A stretch of DNA of 64,000 nt from Batkoa obscura. Taxonomy: Eukaryota. This document shows positions 63,234 to 64,000 of this stretch, piece by piece. The stretch lies in NCBI GenBank assembly GCA_030770535.1, contig JASVEC010000015.1:558001-622000 (forward strand), read 5' to 3'. Below the pieces are notes generated by a model, which worked only from the letters and a program-made list of their open reading frames with translations, was not told where the DNA came from and made no database searches. Position 1 is the stretch's first letter. Each line of letters begins with the position of its first letter. Made by a program: the position numbers and the translations under genes.

Positions 63234-63331
63234 GGGGGTATATTTTTTTTGTTTAAGAATTTTACAACAAACTTTCCACACAAATAGCACTTAAAGGATG
63301 GAAAAAGTGATCAATCCAAAAAAACATCCCC
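63234..63331 (-). mobile_element. MITE family A copy
   Basis: gggggtat...acatcccc; gaat/aaat flanks. Confidence 0.88.
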
Positions 63332-63442
63332 AAATAATAACTATATGAAAAAACGGATAAAAACTGTAAAACTTCATACCATTTTTATATAATATATAAG
63401 ATATATCTTACTAATATATATGATTTTATTGAAAACAAAATA

Positions 63443-64000
63443 TTAATTTCTAAAACCAGAATCCAAAGTATAAGTAAACTTTTGTTGTTTACCAAGTTCT
63501 AAATCATCATCACTATAATCATCAATATTTAAATGGCCTGCCAAAGGGTGATTTGGATGTAATTTAGAGGAAGCAAATGAATTATTTGCTGAATCAAGTA
63601 AATAAAATTTATCTTGTTTGCTAGAACTTGGTTGACTATTTTGAGTAGAATAGGTATTCTTATTAATACTAGGAAAGCGTGAAATGATGCTATGAGTAAC
63701 TTTAGGTGGTAACCTTTTTTTGTAGCGACGGAATAATATATAAGCAATAGTTAGGACAGCAGCTATAACTACTATAGAGATAGCTAATTTTATGCCAACA
63801 GATAAACCTTTATTTGCATCTAGATTTCCATTACCAAAAATTAAACCGGAACTAGGATCAGGCTCATCAAATGATAGATAACCATTAGGAGCGATAGTAC
63901 ATTGTGAAGGCTCAAATGTGGTTTTTGATGTATTACAATTATCATCGTCGTATAAATAGCTAAGTTTTCCTTCTGATAAATTTAATAACCAAATTGCAGA
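63443..64000 (-). CDS. 3' part of a single-pass membrane protein, truncated by the window edge
   Basis: Open frame from 64000 to stop at 63443-63445: ...GLSVGIKLAISIVVIAAVLTIAYILFRRYKKR (TM plus basic stop-transfer), then a cytoplasmic tail ending DDYSDDDLELG...FRN*. Confidence 0.75.
   Translation of the reverse strand, partial: SAIWLLNLSEGKLSYLYDDDNCNTSKTTFEPSQCTIAPNGYLSFDEPDPSSGLIFGNGNLDANKGLSVGIKLAISIVVIAAVLTIAYILFRRYKKRLPPKVTHSIISRFPSINKNTYSTQNSQPSSSKQDKFYLLDSANNSFASSKLHPNHPLAGHLNIDDYSDDDLELGKQQKFTYTLDSGFRN

Noticed and set aside
7706..63331. Recurrent ~98-bp unit as a CRISPR array or ncRNA gene family
   Set aside because: Copies are dispersed in both orientations with TIRs and TSDs, have no spacer periodicity and no cas genes, and the context is eukaryotic
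63529..63747. 72-aa ORF from the track
   Set aside because: Wrong frame; the longer frame runs from the window edge to the stop at 63443

Overview
AT-rich, intron-containing eukaryotic DNA that reads as an early-diverging fungus. Expanded secreted trypsins and Och1-like GT32 enzymes suggest Zoopagomycota/Entomophthorales, which is an inference. The window holds about 20 protein-coding genes: two trihelix/Myb-SANT-like factors, four intact and two dead GT32 mannosyltransferase copies, a TVP15/COPI-associated-like pair, SOM1, a divergent CKS1, a miniature Ski7-like protein, a tandem-domain protein of unknown function, an Sbp1/Tcg1-like RRM-RGG-RRM protein, holocytochrome c synthase, a PAP2 lipid phosphatase, two S1 proteases, VPS17, a low-molecular-weight PTP, a rhodanese-PTP and a truncated membrane protein. 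There are two tRNA genes. Several genes are spliced and absent from or broken in the ORF track; I assembled them by hand from GT..AG junctions. Mobile DNA includes 20+ copies of a ~98-bp MITE (GGGG..CCCC ends, AWAT target duplications), a broken Sola-like parent element, four copies of a ~463-bp LTR and a possible LINE remnant. The main signals are (1) inverted paralog pairs with perfectly identical tracts that stop at the specificity-determining segments (trypsin S1 loops, GT32 C-terminal half), (2) a stand-alone GTPase-less Ski7-type adaptor, and (3) a near-perfect inverted LTR pair enclosing a transposase fragment just upstream of a tRNA gene. All comparisons were done by eye; no searches were run.
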